Shown piece after piece: positions 8,501 through 16,139 of a stretch of 25,701 nt of DNA. The position numbers and the translations under genes were made by a program. The notes under the pieces were generated by a model, which ran no database searches, was not told where the DNA came from, and saw only the letters and a list, made by a program, of their open reading frames with translations. This stretch comes from a virus (lineage: Duplodnaviria; Caudoviricetes). Positions within the stretch are counted from its first letter, which is position 1. Each line of letters starts with the position of its first letter. Where the stretch lies: IMG/VR virus record IMGVR_UViG_3300007863_000017, positions 1 to 25,701 of that record; one strand, 5' to 3'.

Positions 8501-9815
8501 ACTTAGCTGAACCCGCATAGCTGAAACATGGCGATTGAACCTCTCCGTTTTCTGCTACGTCTTGAATAACATTGGCTTCGCTAAATTGCTGAACAACATC
8601 TTGCTCCCGGTCTTGCGTTAAATACAATTCTCCTTCGCTGTAATAAAGTAAACCTCTAAAACAAGAGGCAAGCGAATTAAGCACTTGATAGACCGAACCT
8701 GGATTTTGCAGGTAAACGTTGCAAGTAAAACGAGGCTCTGTTCCACCACTGCCAGACGGCACAAGCTCATCACAATATTGAGAAACGGTGTAAAGATACC
8801 AAGGATCAATTGCAATAGAATTGACGTAGCGTTTGACGCCAAAGCGTTCGTTTAGAACGATGTCACGAAAGATCCAAGCAGGGTTATCAGTCCATGCCAT
8901 CTGGAACGTTCCGTCCCACAAACCCGTATAAGTACGAGTTGCAGCGTCATAGTTGGTAGGAACCTGGACACGCTTACCGCGAAGCCTGACTGATACGTCA
9001 GGGATCGTGTTGAACTGCCTTGCGTCAACCTTTAAAGCAATAAGGCCGGTATTTGGATAAGCAAATTTTTCCTCAATAATTTCAACAAAACTCTGCCAAT
9101 TAATTACGTTTTGGATGAAACTGCTGCTGCTGTCAGATGTTAGCCTTGTAACTCTTACGTTCCAAGGGCCGCTCCCAGGCAGCGCAAATTCATAAGCGCG
9201 TTGAAATTCGCTGTTTGACTTTCCGCTAATAGTTGGCGAAGAGATAGTTGTATAACTGCCGCCATTTGAATTGACTTCAATCCTAAAGCTGACGCTTGTG
9301 CCAGAAACGTCTCCGTTGCTTTGGTTTTGAACTTGCAAACCAGGGAGAGCGATGATCACCCGGCAACGCTCGGTGTCCGTGTCTGTAATTGCTCTTGTAA
9401 TCGCACCAGAAGCCTGCGTGACGTTTATATTGACGCCAACAGTGTTTTCAGTTGTACTAAATCCATTGATAGGCGTTTGTGTTTCGTCCTCGCCTAGCCT
9501 TGAGTCAAGAGTAAAACCATCGAAGTTGTTCGTGCCATCTGGGTTTTGAATTGGAACGCCATCAAGGTAAACATCTCTGTAGTTATTGACGCCACTAGGA
9601 AATCCTTCAAGCACGCCTTCGCTTGTTACATAAACTGTTTTTGCAAAAGCAACTGAAAATAAGTTGTTAGCTGCAACTACTGGCTGTCTTGATGGATTCT
9701 GAACAACAACTGTTTGGTTTACAACTTGCGTTTGCTGTGGGCGGCTGCGACCACCACCTCCGCCACCAGCACCGCTGACCTTCAGATCGTTAATTTGGTT
9801 TTGATCGTCCATCAC
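5526..9815 (-). CDS. Central tail fibre / tail tip host-specificity protein, lambda gpJ-like (1429 aa)
   Basis: YPNTGLI..KVDARQF...P.....RGKRVQVPTNYD...R.Y.G.WDGTF..AWTDNPAW; EPRFTCN; G.TSRGQA.R; FN3-like region; directly follows the gpI-like gene. Confidence 0.93.
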   Translation of the reverse strand: MMDDQNQINDLKVSGAGGGGGGRSRPQQTQVVNQTVVVQNPSRQPVVAANNLFSVAFAKTVYVTSEGVLEGFPSGVNNYRDVYLDGVPIQNPDGTNNFDGFTLDSRLGEDETQTPINGFSTTENTVGVNINVTQASGAITRAITDTDTERCRVIIALPGLQVQNQSNGDVSGTSVSFRIEVNSNGGSYTTISSPTISGKSNSEFQRAYEFALPGSGPWNVRVTRLTSDSSSSFIQNVINWQSFVEIIEEKFAYPNTGLIALKVDARQFNTIPDVSVRLRGKRVQVPTNYDAATRTYTGLWDGTFQMAWTDNPAWIFRDIVLNERFGVKRYVNSIAIDPWYLYTVSQYCDELVPSGSGGTEPRFTCNVYLQNPGSVYQVLNSLASCFRGLLYYSEGELYLTQDREQDVVQQFSEANVIQDVAENGEVQSPCFSYAGSAKSARKTVVLANWDDPTQVYSSVTEYQQDDELLDKFGYNPVDLRLIGVTSRGQALRAAKHTLFSDRYETEKVSFRIGAEGIAAGVGEIIKISDPLKQGQRLGGRIVAVSGNFITVDAVLTLVSGTAYTLTVVIPGGDTVTNPDNSIKVNPEIKVLNVVGSTVGESTTVVEVDSAVATQNGALWVLEWTSMKAATYRIISISEVESLIYQVEAIQYNSSKYGYVDNDLPVAIPKDRFTVQPVGVPTNVAGVLQYSNGQTSIQFSWRAPQVNNSVDLLVRGYRYQWRKANDTEWSDLAQVQATTVEIPLSAHTFGNTYQARVSAINRLGNQSDWVVYEVNAFPAIPDLSNAGFGATVTHANQPDGTQLVIVDSGTCPILPRINGFRCWVKPRILSSGEIPGVKPPNDDGWYFLTDIPLTGYYSIAFHAPDTYDVRVNFTSAIFGEEPTDYIYDVVARDEIAPPTPSNFSVVENQDSSGKRFSWQLPITEYGSWDQNIVADVVSYEVRFKKGLLATNVINFDVATDLVTVQTATVIGTRVNQHLLNAGDAIAFAASSGTLPTGIVDGTTYYVATDGLTSTAFKVSATSGGTAINFTGTATGTYNVSGPTDLKTRLDITASWGAGLELASGGLPAQQQWFETSLFDTGSSVVMVKSVDATQWRADVPAYVLVNIGAPPVSNAVQTFDASLPSSTWPGTYDNCSVVGGNLVQTDATLDSYFAWNFDNNNASSALLFSTTSTATYSHSLVALTGEATEIAQEDDFNVLLEDKPLVIDVANNNFSIQKNGATINHDLKLDDTVEFVAVSGSLPTGISASTVYHVVSTDLTLTTFRVASSQGGTAITLSGSASGTYAARGFKLLGEQRYYNPTELANGGIVHPYAPFEKLLGDVYRVETRFKSPDGGTTAGNISALTAQLDYPDVIEKQNDVSISALGTVIALTKTFRAVSSVSIAALQTGGSTAVSAVVTAKTTSSVTIKCLDSSGAGVTGLVDITVIGY

Positions 9816-10456
9816 AAGTAATTCTGCAATTCAAGGCCAAAGCTCAGAACTGGCAACGCACCAATGATGCGCTCACCGTAAAGAACAGGAACCACGTCTC
9901 CCTGCACTGTATTCGCGTTCGACTTATCAAAAGCAAAGCTGTTCAGTTGCTCGTCCCTGTCACGACCTGAGGTTGCACTCGATCCGCCACCAATGCCACC
10001 GCCTTTGACATTGGGCATCTTGGGCGTTGGCGTTAATAGGTCTGCTACGCCACCAAATAGCAATGAAACGCCAATGCCCGCAACAATCGGAACGGCCTGC
10101 GCTCCTAGAGTAAAAAGACCACCAGCAAGCAAGCCAGCAGGCGCAAATAAAACTGCTACAGCGATCAACGCCACGCCAGCAATGATCTTGCCCACTCCAC
10201 CGCGACCAGCAGGCAATGGAGCCAGCACCAGCCTTTTACTCAGCGGCCACAACATCTGATCTTCATCCAATCCTTCCGCGTGATCAGTCACAACGCGCCA
10301 GCTGATCCCCTTCTCGCCTGATTCCAACAGATACTGTCTAAGACCAGGGATCTGCAAACACAATGCCCTTACAGCCTCAGCAGGCGTCTTTACCGCAAGC
10401 TGGAACCTACGCCCGTAACGACGGCCAGCTTCACCTAATAACCGAATGGTGACCAT
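9812..10456 (-). CDS. Tail assembly protein, lambda gpI-like (ubiquitin-like N-domain)
   Basis: TIRLLGE.GRRYGR...LAVKTPAEAVRALC.Q.PG; hydrophobic Gly-rich middle; NTVQGDVVPVLYGE; lies between K and J. Confidence 0.92.
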   Translation of the reverse strand: MVTIRLLGEAGRRYGRRFQLAVKTPAEAVRALCLQIPGLRQYLLESGEKGISWRVVTDHAEGLDEDQMLWPLSKRLVLAPLPAGRGGVGKIIAGVALIAVAVLFAPAGLLAGGLFTLGAQAVPIVAGIGVSLLFGGVADLLTPTPKMPNVKGGGIGGGSSATSGRDRDEQLNSFAFDKSNANTVQGDVVPVLYGERIIGALPVLSFGLELQNYL

Positions 10457-11178
10457 TAGCTATCGCGCCTCAGAACCATGAACGTATTATCGCGGAAATA
10501 GCCGCTGTAAGCCATTATCGCTGAGTCCCGGTCAACCAAGTGCTGATAAATCTGGTTGGCCTCTACATCCTCAAGCACTGCAACGTGATTACAGGTGTGG
10601 TCATTCCTGATCCGAAACAGCAACACATCCCCACGTTCCAGATCAACTGTCATAGGGATCCTGATAAAACCTTCAGCCGCAAAGTTGTCCTCAAAATGCG
10701 TGAAGCCTCGCTGAACCCATTCGCCTTCGTACAGACGCTCATAATCAGCCATCTCGACGCCCATCTCTTGCGAATACCAATCACGCACAGCTGAATAGCA
10801 GTCATAACCGCCATACATCCAGGGACGCCCCACCAAACCTGCTGACTGGCGCGGATCAAAGTAATAGAACTCTGTACTGGCACAGTTGAAAACTGCATAG
10901 GGCAGATTCAAGGCTTTAGAAGCATTGATGTCCGCAAAACTCACGCTTGCGTAATCAGCATGGCTATGCCACGAGGCAACAGCATTATCTAGGTACAAAG
11001 CAGTCTCTTCCGCACTGATCACAAACGTGTCAGGCTGTGTTGCGGTGTTGGTGCATTCGACAACCGTTCCATCAGCAAGCACAAAACCACAAGCCTCAAC
11101 AGGATGAGCGGCTTCTGCATAAGCACGAATGCTTGCTTGCTGTTCGCCCGTAATCGAATTGTTGTACTGAGAAAGCAT
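10456..11178 (-). CDS. Tail assembly protein, lambda gpK-like (JAB/MPN + NlpC/P60)
   Basis: JAB motifs EACG and HSH...S..D; NlpC/P60 motifs DCYS, GDVLLF, NHVAV, QH. Confidence 0.93.
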   Translation of the reverse strand: MLSQYNNSITGEQQASIRAYAEAAHPVEACGFVLADGTVVECTNTATQPDTFVISAEETALYLDNAVASWHSHADYASVSFADINASKALNLPYAVFNCASTEFYYFDPRQSAGLVGRPWMYGGYDCYSAVRDWYSQEMGVEMADYERLYEGEWVQRGFTHFEDNFAAEGFIRIPMTVDLERGDVLLFRIRNDHTCNHVAVLEDVEANQIYQHLVDRDSAIMAYSGYFRDNTFMVLRRDS

Positions 11179-11181
11179 CGT

Positions 11182-12084
11182 TTAACCCATTGCGTCCGTA
11201 AGACCAGGAAAACCACCGAATGGCAAGCGGTCACCTTGAACTGTTGGACTGAATCTAATTTTTAATACTACGCCGTTAGCAATTGTCACAGAGGTGACAA
11301 TGCCAGTCGTCGAATTAACCGTAAAATCCGTATTCTCTTGGTAATTACCAACAATCACAACACTGCCTGCCGCAATATTGGTGTACTCCAAATCTAAAGT
11401 GCCTGAAGTAAAAGATCTTGTAACCTCAACTTTCCCAAATCTTAGGCGACAGCTGTCAAGCCTTTTGCCGCAAACATCATTACTAAGACTGGCAACGCTT
11501 CGGTCATTGGCGTTGAAATAGTTGCTCCCGCTGTAATGGCAACCAATATTGCTTCTGTACCTCCACTGACACTGTTCACGTAACAACCTACGACCAGGCA
11601 ATGAACGCCCTTCAAGGTCAAACGGAATTGCTAGCTGAAAAGATACTGCGAGCTTGTTTTCGCTGCTTTTTTGCTCAACGACCCATTCGTCTGGTCCCCA
11701 ATAAGCGTTTGGATCTGCTGCCTCAGCACCGTCAAGATAAGTAGTAAGCGTGCGGATCCTTTGAACCGTTGCGCCAACAAGGTCTTCATACGTGTTGGTC
11801 AACGCAGTAATGCCAAGACCTACGTTTGCAAACGTCAAGCTTGGACGTGCCAGCTGTCCTTTGGTGTTTAGCTCAAAGCCTGATGACTCCAGCGGCAACG
11901 CGGTGTAAGTGTTCGTCTGATAGACAACATCGGCGCCATTAACTTGAGACCAATTTGCAAACCTATAAATTGCTTGGTCTGACGAACCAGTAGGGAGAAT
12001 TGCCGTAATGTCGAGCGTAAACAGATCAATGATCTGCGGCAGCTGCGGCTTAAAAGCTTCAGCGTTAGGAGGCGCTTGCGTCAT
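11182..12084 (-). CDS. Minor tail protein, lambda gpL-like (hub, Fe-S cysteines)
   Basis: GFE...GQLARPSLTFAN, DLVGATV.R.RT...YLD, four Cys (C172, C182, C205, C212), terminal LPFGGFPG. Confidence 0.93.
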   Translation of the reverse strand: MTQAPPNAEAFKPQLPQIIDLFTLDITAILPTGSSDQAIYRFANWSQVNGADVVYQTNTYTALPLESSGFELNTKGQLARPSLTFANVGLGITALTNTYEDLVGATVQRIRTLTTYLDGAEAADPNAYWGPDEWVVEQKSSENKLAVSFQLAIPFDLEGRSLPGRRLLREQCQWRYRSNIGCHYSGSNYFNANDRSVASLSNDVCGKRLDSCRLRFGKVEVTRSFTSGTLDLEYTNIAAGSVVIVGNYQENTDFTVNSTTGIVTSVTIANGVVLKIRFSPTVQGDRLPFGGFPGLTDAMG

Positions 12085-12614
12085 ACATAGACCTGCGTAA
12101 GTCCAAACTTAATTCGGGCATAAGCTGGCGTCTCTGGCGTCAAAGTCCAACCATCATCAAGAAGATAATTTCTCGCCGCAAGAGTTAGCGAGATTGCAAC
12201 CACCGTTCCATCAGAAATGCCTGATGCGCCAGTGGCAGAGGTCAAGTCACCCGTGACCAGATTCGCTGTGTAATTCGTTGGTCTTGTATAACCAGTCAAA
12301 ACCAAAGCACTTAAGTTCGTGTAACCAAGCTTTAGCTTGCCAGAAGCAAATGGCCTCGAAAATGTTTTGGTGTTTAATGGACTGATCCAGTTAATTGCTT
12401 GGCCTTTTTGAGAAAGCAGAAAGCTTTCAATTGAATAAGCCTCTTCATTCGTCAAGAGCCCAGTCGTACAGTCCCACCTTTCAACGTCTGCATTTAATCC
12501 ATCCGTCAAGACCTGACTGTACCCATCGCCGAACTGCGCCCTTTGTATCCTTGAAGTTGTCTTTACTGAAGTGGTCCGTTCAAGCTTGATGTCATTAAAG
12601 GCCAGATAAGTCAT
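12081..12614 (-). CDS. Distal tail protein, lambda gpM-like, with internal insertion (177 aa)
   Basis: AQFGDGYSQ...DGLN signature, I.SFL...KG.AINW.SP; follows the tape measure gene. Confidence 0.88.
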   Translation of the reverse strand: MTYLAFNDIKLERTTSVKTTSRIQRAQFGDGYSQVLTDGLNADVERWDCTTGLLTNEEAYSIESFLLSQKGQAINWISPLNTKTFSRPFASGKLKLGYTNLSALVLTGYTRPTNYTANLVTGDLTSATGASGISDGTVVAISLTLAARNYLLDDGWTLTPETPAYARIKFGLTQVYV

Positions 12615-15388
12615 CAGAGCATTCCTCCACTGCGACGCTCATTAGCCAGCGTTGATAACACGATACCTTGGACCTGACCAGCTAGCTGCTTTTGTGCTGC
12701 AGCATTCAACTGATCGCCTGTGTTTTCAACTGTGATGTTTATGTTGCCAACTGAAACGCCACCACCGCCAGAAGCTTGAACACCTAACTTGCCACCAGGC
12801 CCGCGTTGCAAAGGCATGATCGCCTCAGGACCAGCTTCACCCATGAGCCCGAAACGACCAGCACCACCATTGGCGTAGGCAAACATCGTGGGCTTGTCAA
12901 CGATGCCGCCTTTGGCATAAGGCACGATCTTGTTCTTGGCGAATACTCCACCGTCTGCCATTCGCAGTCCACCTCTCCCTGATATGTCGGAGAAAATATC
13001 ACCACCACCACCACCACCACCAAGCCCAGGCAGCAACCCAACGACTTGATTCAAAATGTACATCGTGATCATCTTCTGGATGATCTGCATCGCCATATCA
13101 AGGAAGTAATTAGCAATATTCTTGAAGAATCCAGCCAGTGCTTCCTGAGTGGTTGCACTGCCATCAATAACACTCTTAAACGAGTCGGTGAATGCAGTGC
13201 CAATCGCGTTTGCTGCACCAATAACTTGGTTCGCTGGATTAGTTAACTCTTCAAGGCTATCTTTCAACTCCTTGACAGTTGTCTTTAATTTATTTGGGTT
13301 CAAGATACTATCAATGCCAGTAGGGAAGGCTTGCTCGTCAAGTGCGCCACTTGCGAAAATTTTTCCACCAGAATCAAGAGATTCTCCAGTGAAACCATAG
13401 CTTTTAAGCCTGTCGCCAAATTTCTTATCTGCGAGGTCTTGCATAGCATCATCACGTTCAGCCTTGGCAAGTTTTTCGTAAGCTGTTCTTAATTTATCTA
13501 TTTCGTCTCTTGCTTTAGGCAAAGAAGTACCAATTGTTTTTTCGTATCCAGTCAATATCCTTATTTGATCACCTATCACGTTGTTTGCTTTCATCATACT
13601 TTCACTGAACTTGTTTTCAATTTCTTCTTCAGCAGTGGCACCCACCCCTTTAATTTTTAGTCCCACTCCTTGAGAAAGTTTTTTTAGCTTGATCATCAGT
13701 TTGTTCACGCCTTCAATCGCTTTCCCTACTTTGTCTATACCGCTTCCACTTGGGTCGTCACCATTAAGGTCCTTTGTTAATTTAGTATTAGGCAAATCCA
13801 CTTCAGCCCCAGCTTTAGGGAAAAGTTCAAGTCTTAACTGTCTAGCACGTCCCCGAAGCTCAACTAGCTGTTTGCCTGCTTGTTGGAAGACGTAATCGAC
13901 GCTCTTCAGTGATCCCGGGTTGTCAAACATGCCTGCAACGGCTTTAGGGATGCCGACGAAGCTATCGCCGTCACGTCCAGCCAGATCGCGGATTAATCGC
14001 TCCATCTCAGGTATCTTGTTTTTTTCAAGGTTTGCCAGCCGAGTATTTTTACCGCTTCGATCTAACTTGAAAAATTTATTTATTTCTTGAAGCAAAGGAG
14101 TAAGCGCAGTCAAGGCTTCATTGGCGAAAATCTGAAACTCAGCGCCAATGCCTTGCAATATTGGGCCAATAGCAACCTGCAAATTTTTCAATGTTCTTTC
14201 TAAACGTGCCCCGGCCTCTGATGGACTGTCAGCAATCTCAGCGGCAGCATTTTTGTATTTATTGTTTATAAAACTAGCAAACTCATTCACAAACTCTTCA
14301 GCGCTTACCGCTCCGGCTTTCAAGTCTTCGTCAAGCTGCTGGGTTGTTCGACCAGTCGCCTGAGCAAACAAAGAAAAAGCACCAGGCAATCTTTCGCCGA
14401 TTTGCCCACGAAGTTCTTCGGCGCTAACTTTTCCTTTCGACAGCACCTGAGTTGCTGCTAAAAGCACTCCGTTTAGGTCTTCGGTTGATCCACCTGTTGC
14501 CTTTGTTGCCGCCGAAAGACCTCTATAAAGGCCTTCAAGCTCTCTAACTGTGTTTCCGTTTGCAGTACCAGCCGCCACTAGCCGAGTAAAAGTACGAGTA
14601 GCCTGCTTAAAAGGAACATTGAAGTCTTCACTAGCGCGAGTTATTGCAATCATGGCGTCTGCATATTCCAGTCCAGCTACATTTCGCAAAGCGATATTTA
14701 GCTTGTCTATTTCGGCTTTATAGGTGGCAATCTCGGCTCCAAGTTTCCTGATTTGAGATAGTTGAGCGCCTATCGCTCCGCCAACCACAGCGCCAGGGAC
14801 TCCCCCCACGATGCTGCCTAATACCGCACCAGCCGCGCCTTCAGGTCCACCAAATACACCAGCTCCAGCAACCGTGCCTAGCACTTGAGCGCCAGACCTA
14901 AGTCGTCCTCCTCCTGTCTTGCGCCCCTCAGCCTTAGCAAGCTTCTTGTCCAGCTTGGCAAGTTCAATACCAGCCTCCTTGAACTCCTTGCTCATAAGGT
15001 CAGCGGAATCCCTTACTGCCAAAAACTCTTTCTTCTGAGAACGAAGAGCGTTGATTGAATTTTTGGAATATTTAACAACAGTACCGCTAGCTTTTTTCAA
15101 CTCCTTATCTATTTTCTCAATTTCATCTCTAGCCTCCTTAAACTCTTTGCTTGTTACATCAGCAGAACGCCTAAGTGCCTCAAACGCATCCCTTTGAGCG
15201 TTTAAATTATTAACTGACTTAACAGAGGCTGACTGAAGCTCTCTAACCTTCTGAACAAGCCCTCTGAAATCATTATCAGCTCCTTTTGCTTCTGCTGAAG
15301 ACTTCCGCAGTGCAGTTTTAAGCTGATTGAGTCCTTGTAGGTTCTCAATCTCAGCCCTGATCTTTAAGACGGTCTCGTTACTTGCCAT
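12614..15388 (-). CDS. Tail tape measure protein (924 aa)
   Basis: Helical and Ala/Lys-rich; tape-measure core QVLSKGKVSAEELRGQIGERLPGAF; C-terminal MGEAGPEAIMPL.RG..GKLGV; lies after the chaperone genes. Confidence 0.95.
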   Translation of the reverse strand: MASNETVLKIRAEIENLQGLNQLKTALRKSSAEAKGADNDFRGLVQKVRELQSASVKSVNNLNAQRDAFEALRRSADVTSKEFKEARDEIEKIDKELKKASGTVVKYSKNSINALRSQKKEFLAVRDSADLMSKEFKEAGIELAKLDKKLAKAEGRKTGGGRLRSGAQVLGTVAGAGVFGGPEGAAGAVLGSIVGGVPGAVVGGAIGAQLSQIRKLGAEIATYKAEIDKLNIALRNVAGLEYADAMIAITRASEDFNVPFKQATRTFTRLVAAGTANGNTVRELEGLYRGLSAATKATGGSTEDLNGVLLAATQVLSKGKVSAEELRGQIGERLPGAFSLFAQATGRTTQQLDEDLKAGAVSAEEFVNEFASFINNKYKNAAAEIADSPSEAGARLERTLKNLQVAIGPILQGIGAEFQIFANEALTALTPLLQEINKFFKLDRSGKNTRLANLEKNKIPEMERLIRDLAGRDGDSFVGIPKAVAGMFDNPGSLKSVDYVFQQAGKQLVELRGRARQLRLELFPKAGAEVDLPNTKLTKDLNGDDPSGSGIDKVGKAIEGVNKLMIKLKKLSQGVGLKIKGVGATAEEEIENKFSESMMKANNVIGDQIRILTGYEKTIGTSLPKARDEIDKLRTAYEKLAKAERDDAMQDLADKKFGDRLKSYGFTGESLDSGGKIFASGALDEQAFPTGIDSILNPNKLKTTVKELKDSLEELTNPANQVIGAANAIGTAFTDSFKSVIDGSATTQEALAGFFKNIANYFLDMAMQIIQKMITMYILNQVVGLLPGLGGGGGGGDIFSDISGRGGLRMADGGVFAKNKIVPYAKGGIVDKPTMFAYANGGAGRFGLMGEAGPEAIMPLQRGPGGKLGVQASGGGGVSVGNINITVENTGDQLNAAAQKQLAGQVQGIVLSTLANERRSGGML

Positions 15389-15732
15389 TACTTATCCGAC
15401 TTATTCAGTTCTGCAAGAGCTGCGGCTTCCATAACTTGAAGATCCTCCAGCATCTCACGGGGATTGCTCACATCATAAAGGGACATCAGACCTGACGCAC
15501 CAAGCAGTACCTCATACTTCAATCCAACGTAACCCCCCATCGTGACGGCCCACTGAGTCTGCATCCGTAAGAACATCACTACTGTTTCCCAGTTCTCTTC
15601 CCAAACTTCAAAATGCTCCTCTTCAGGAGCAGCTTGACGCAACGGCTTCAACCCAAATGCCGCTGCGTCATCACCACTCTTGTCCTCTAGCTTTTTGCCG
15701 CCTTTCGCCCAATACTCGACGGCACCTTTTAG
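15388..15732 (-). CDS. Tail assembly chaperone GT, frameshifted (T) portion; DUF1799-like
   Basis: The -1 frame is open from the slippery site: LKGAVEYWAKGGKKLEDKSGDDAAAFG joins in frame to the tracked ORF (L)KPLRQ...FEVWEENW...F.RMQTQW...GLKY...DLQVMEAAAL. Confidence 0.85.
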   Translation of the reverse strand, partial: LKGAVEYWAKGGKKLEDKSGDDAAAFGLKPLRQAAPEEEHFEVWEENWETVVMFLRMQTQWAVTMGGYVGLKYEVLLGASGLMSLYDVSNPREMLEDLQVMEAAALAELNKSDK

Positions 15733-16055
15733 TTTCCCAGCTTGGCCCCCTCAAATGTCTCGGTGTAAGCCTGCAACACACCGCGAATCCAGTAAGCGTC
15801 ATCAGCGAATTCTTTCATCGTTGCCTGACCGAACGGAACGGGCTTGCCTTCTTCGTCTTCGATGCCTTCCCATCCGATTAATACAGATTTAAGCAAGTCG
15901 AAGTCACCTTTGTCGGCAAGCTTCTGAAATTCAGATCTTGCTACTCGCTTGAACACCGCATCAAAAGTCGACGTTTCAAATACACCCCCATCGGCAGGCT
16001 CATCGACTTTTACAGGCCATTTGAACGTCTTGATCTTTTTGCGAACGAATGCCAT
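15729..16055 (-). CDS. Tail assembly chaperone G (108 aa)
   Basis: Lies between tail tube and tape measure; LIGWEGI.DE.G.PVPF motif; ends ...KLGN at the slippery heptamer. Confidence 0.88.
   Translation of the reverse strand: MAFVRKKIKTFKWPVKVDEPADGGVFETSTFDAVFKRVARSEFQKLADKGDFDLLKSVLIGWEGIEDEEGKPVPFGQATMKEFADDAYWIRGVLQAYTETFEGAKLGN
15732..15738 (-). other. Programmed -1 ribosomal frameshift slippery site G GGA AAC
   Basis: Minus strand reads CTG GGA AAC TAA; an X XXY YYZ heptamer immediately before the G stop, analogous to lambda G/T GGGAAAG. Confidence 0.88.
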
Positions 16056-16086
16056 TGAAGAGATTTATCTGCAAATAGCTTACAGC

Positions 16087-16117
16087 AATAAAAAAGACCG
16101 TGCTTTACAGCACGGCC
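16087..16117 (-). terminator. Intrinsic terminator after tail tube gene
   Basis: Minus strand GGCCGTGCT-GTAA-AGCACGGTC-TTTTTTATT: 9-bp stem (one G-U), GNRA loop, U-tract. Confidence 0.85.
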
Positions 16118-16139
16118 AACGGGTGTCAATCCCCTTAGT

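Noticed and set aside
9812-11178. Ubiquitin-like conjugation or anti-phage defence system (Ubl + JAB)
   Set aside because: These are the standard lambdoid tail genes I and K in canonical order, with no E1 or E2 enzymes.
15388-15651. Stand-alone 87-aa gene starting at TTG
   Set aside because: Better explained as the -1 frameshift extension of chaperone G.
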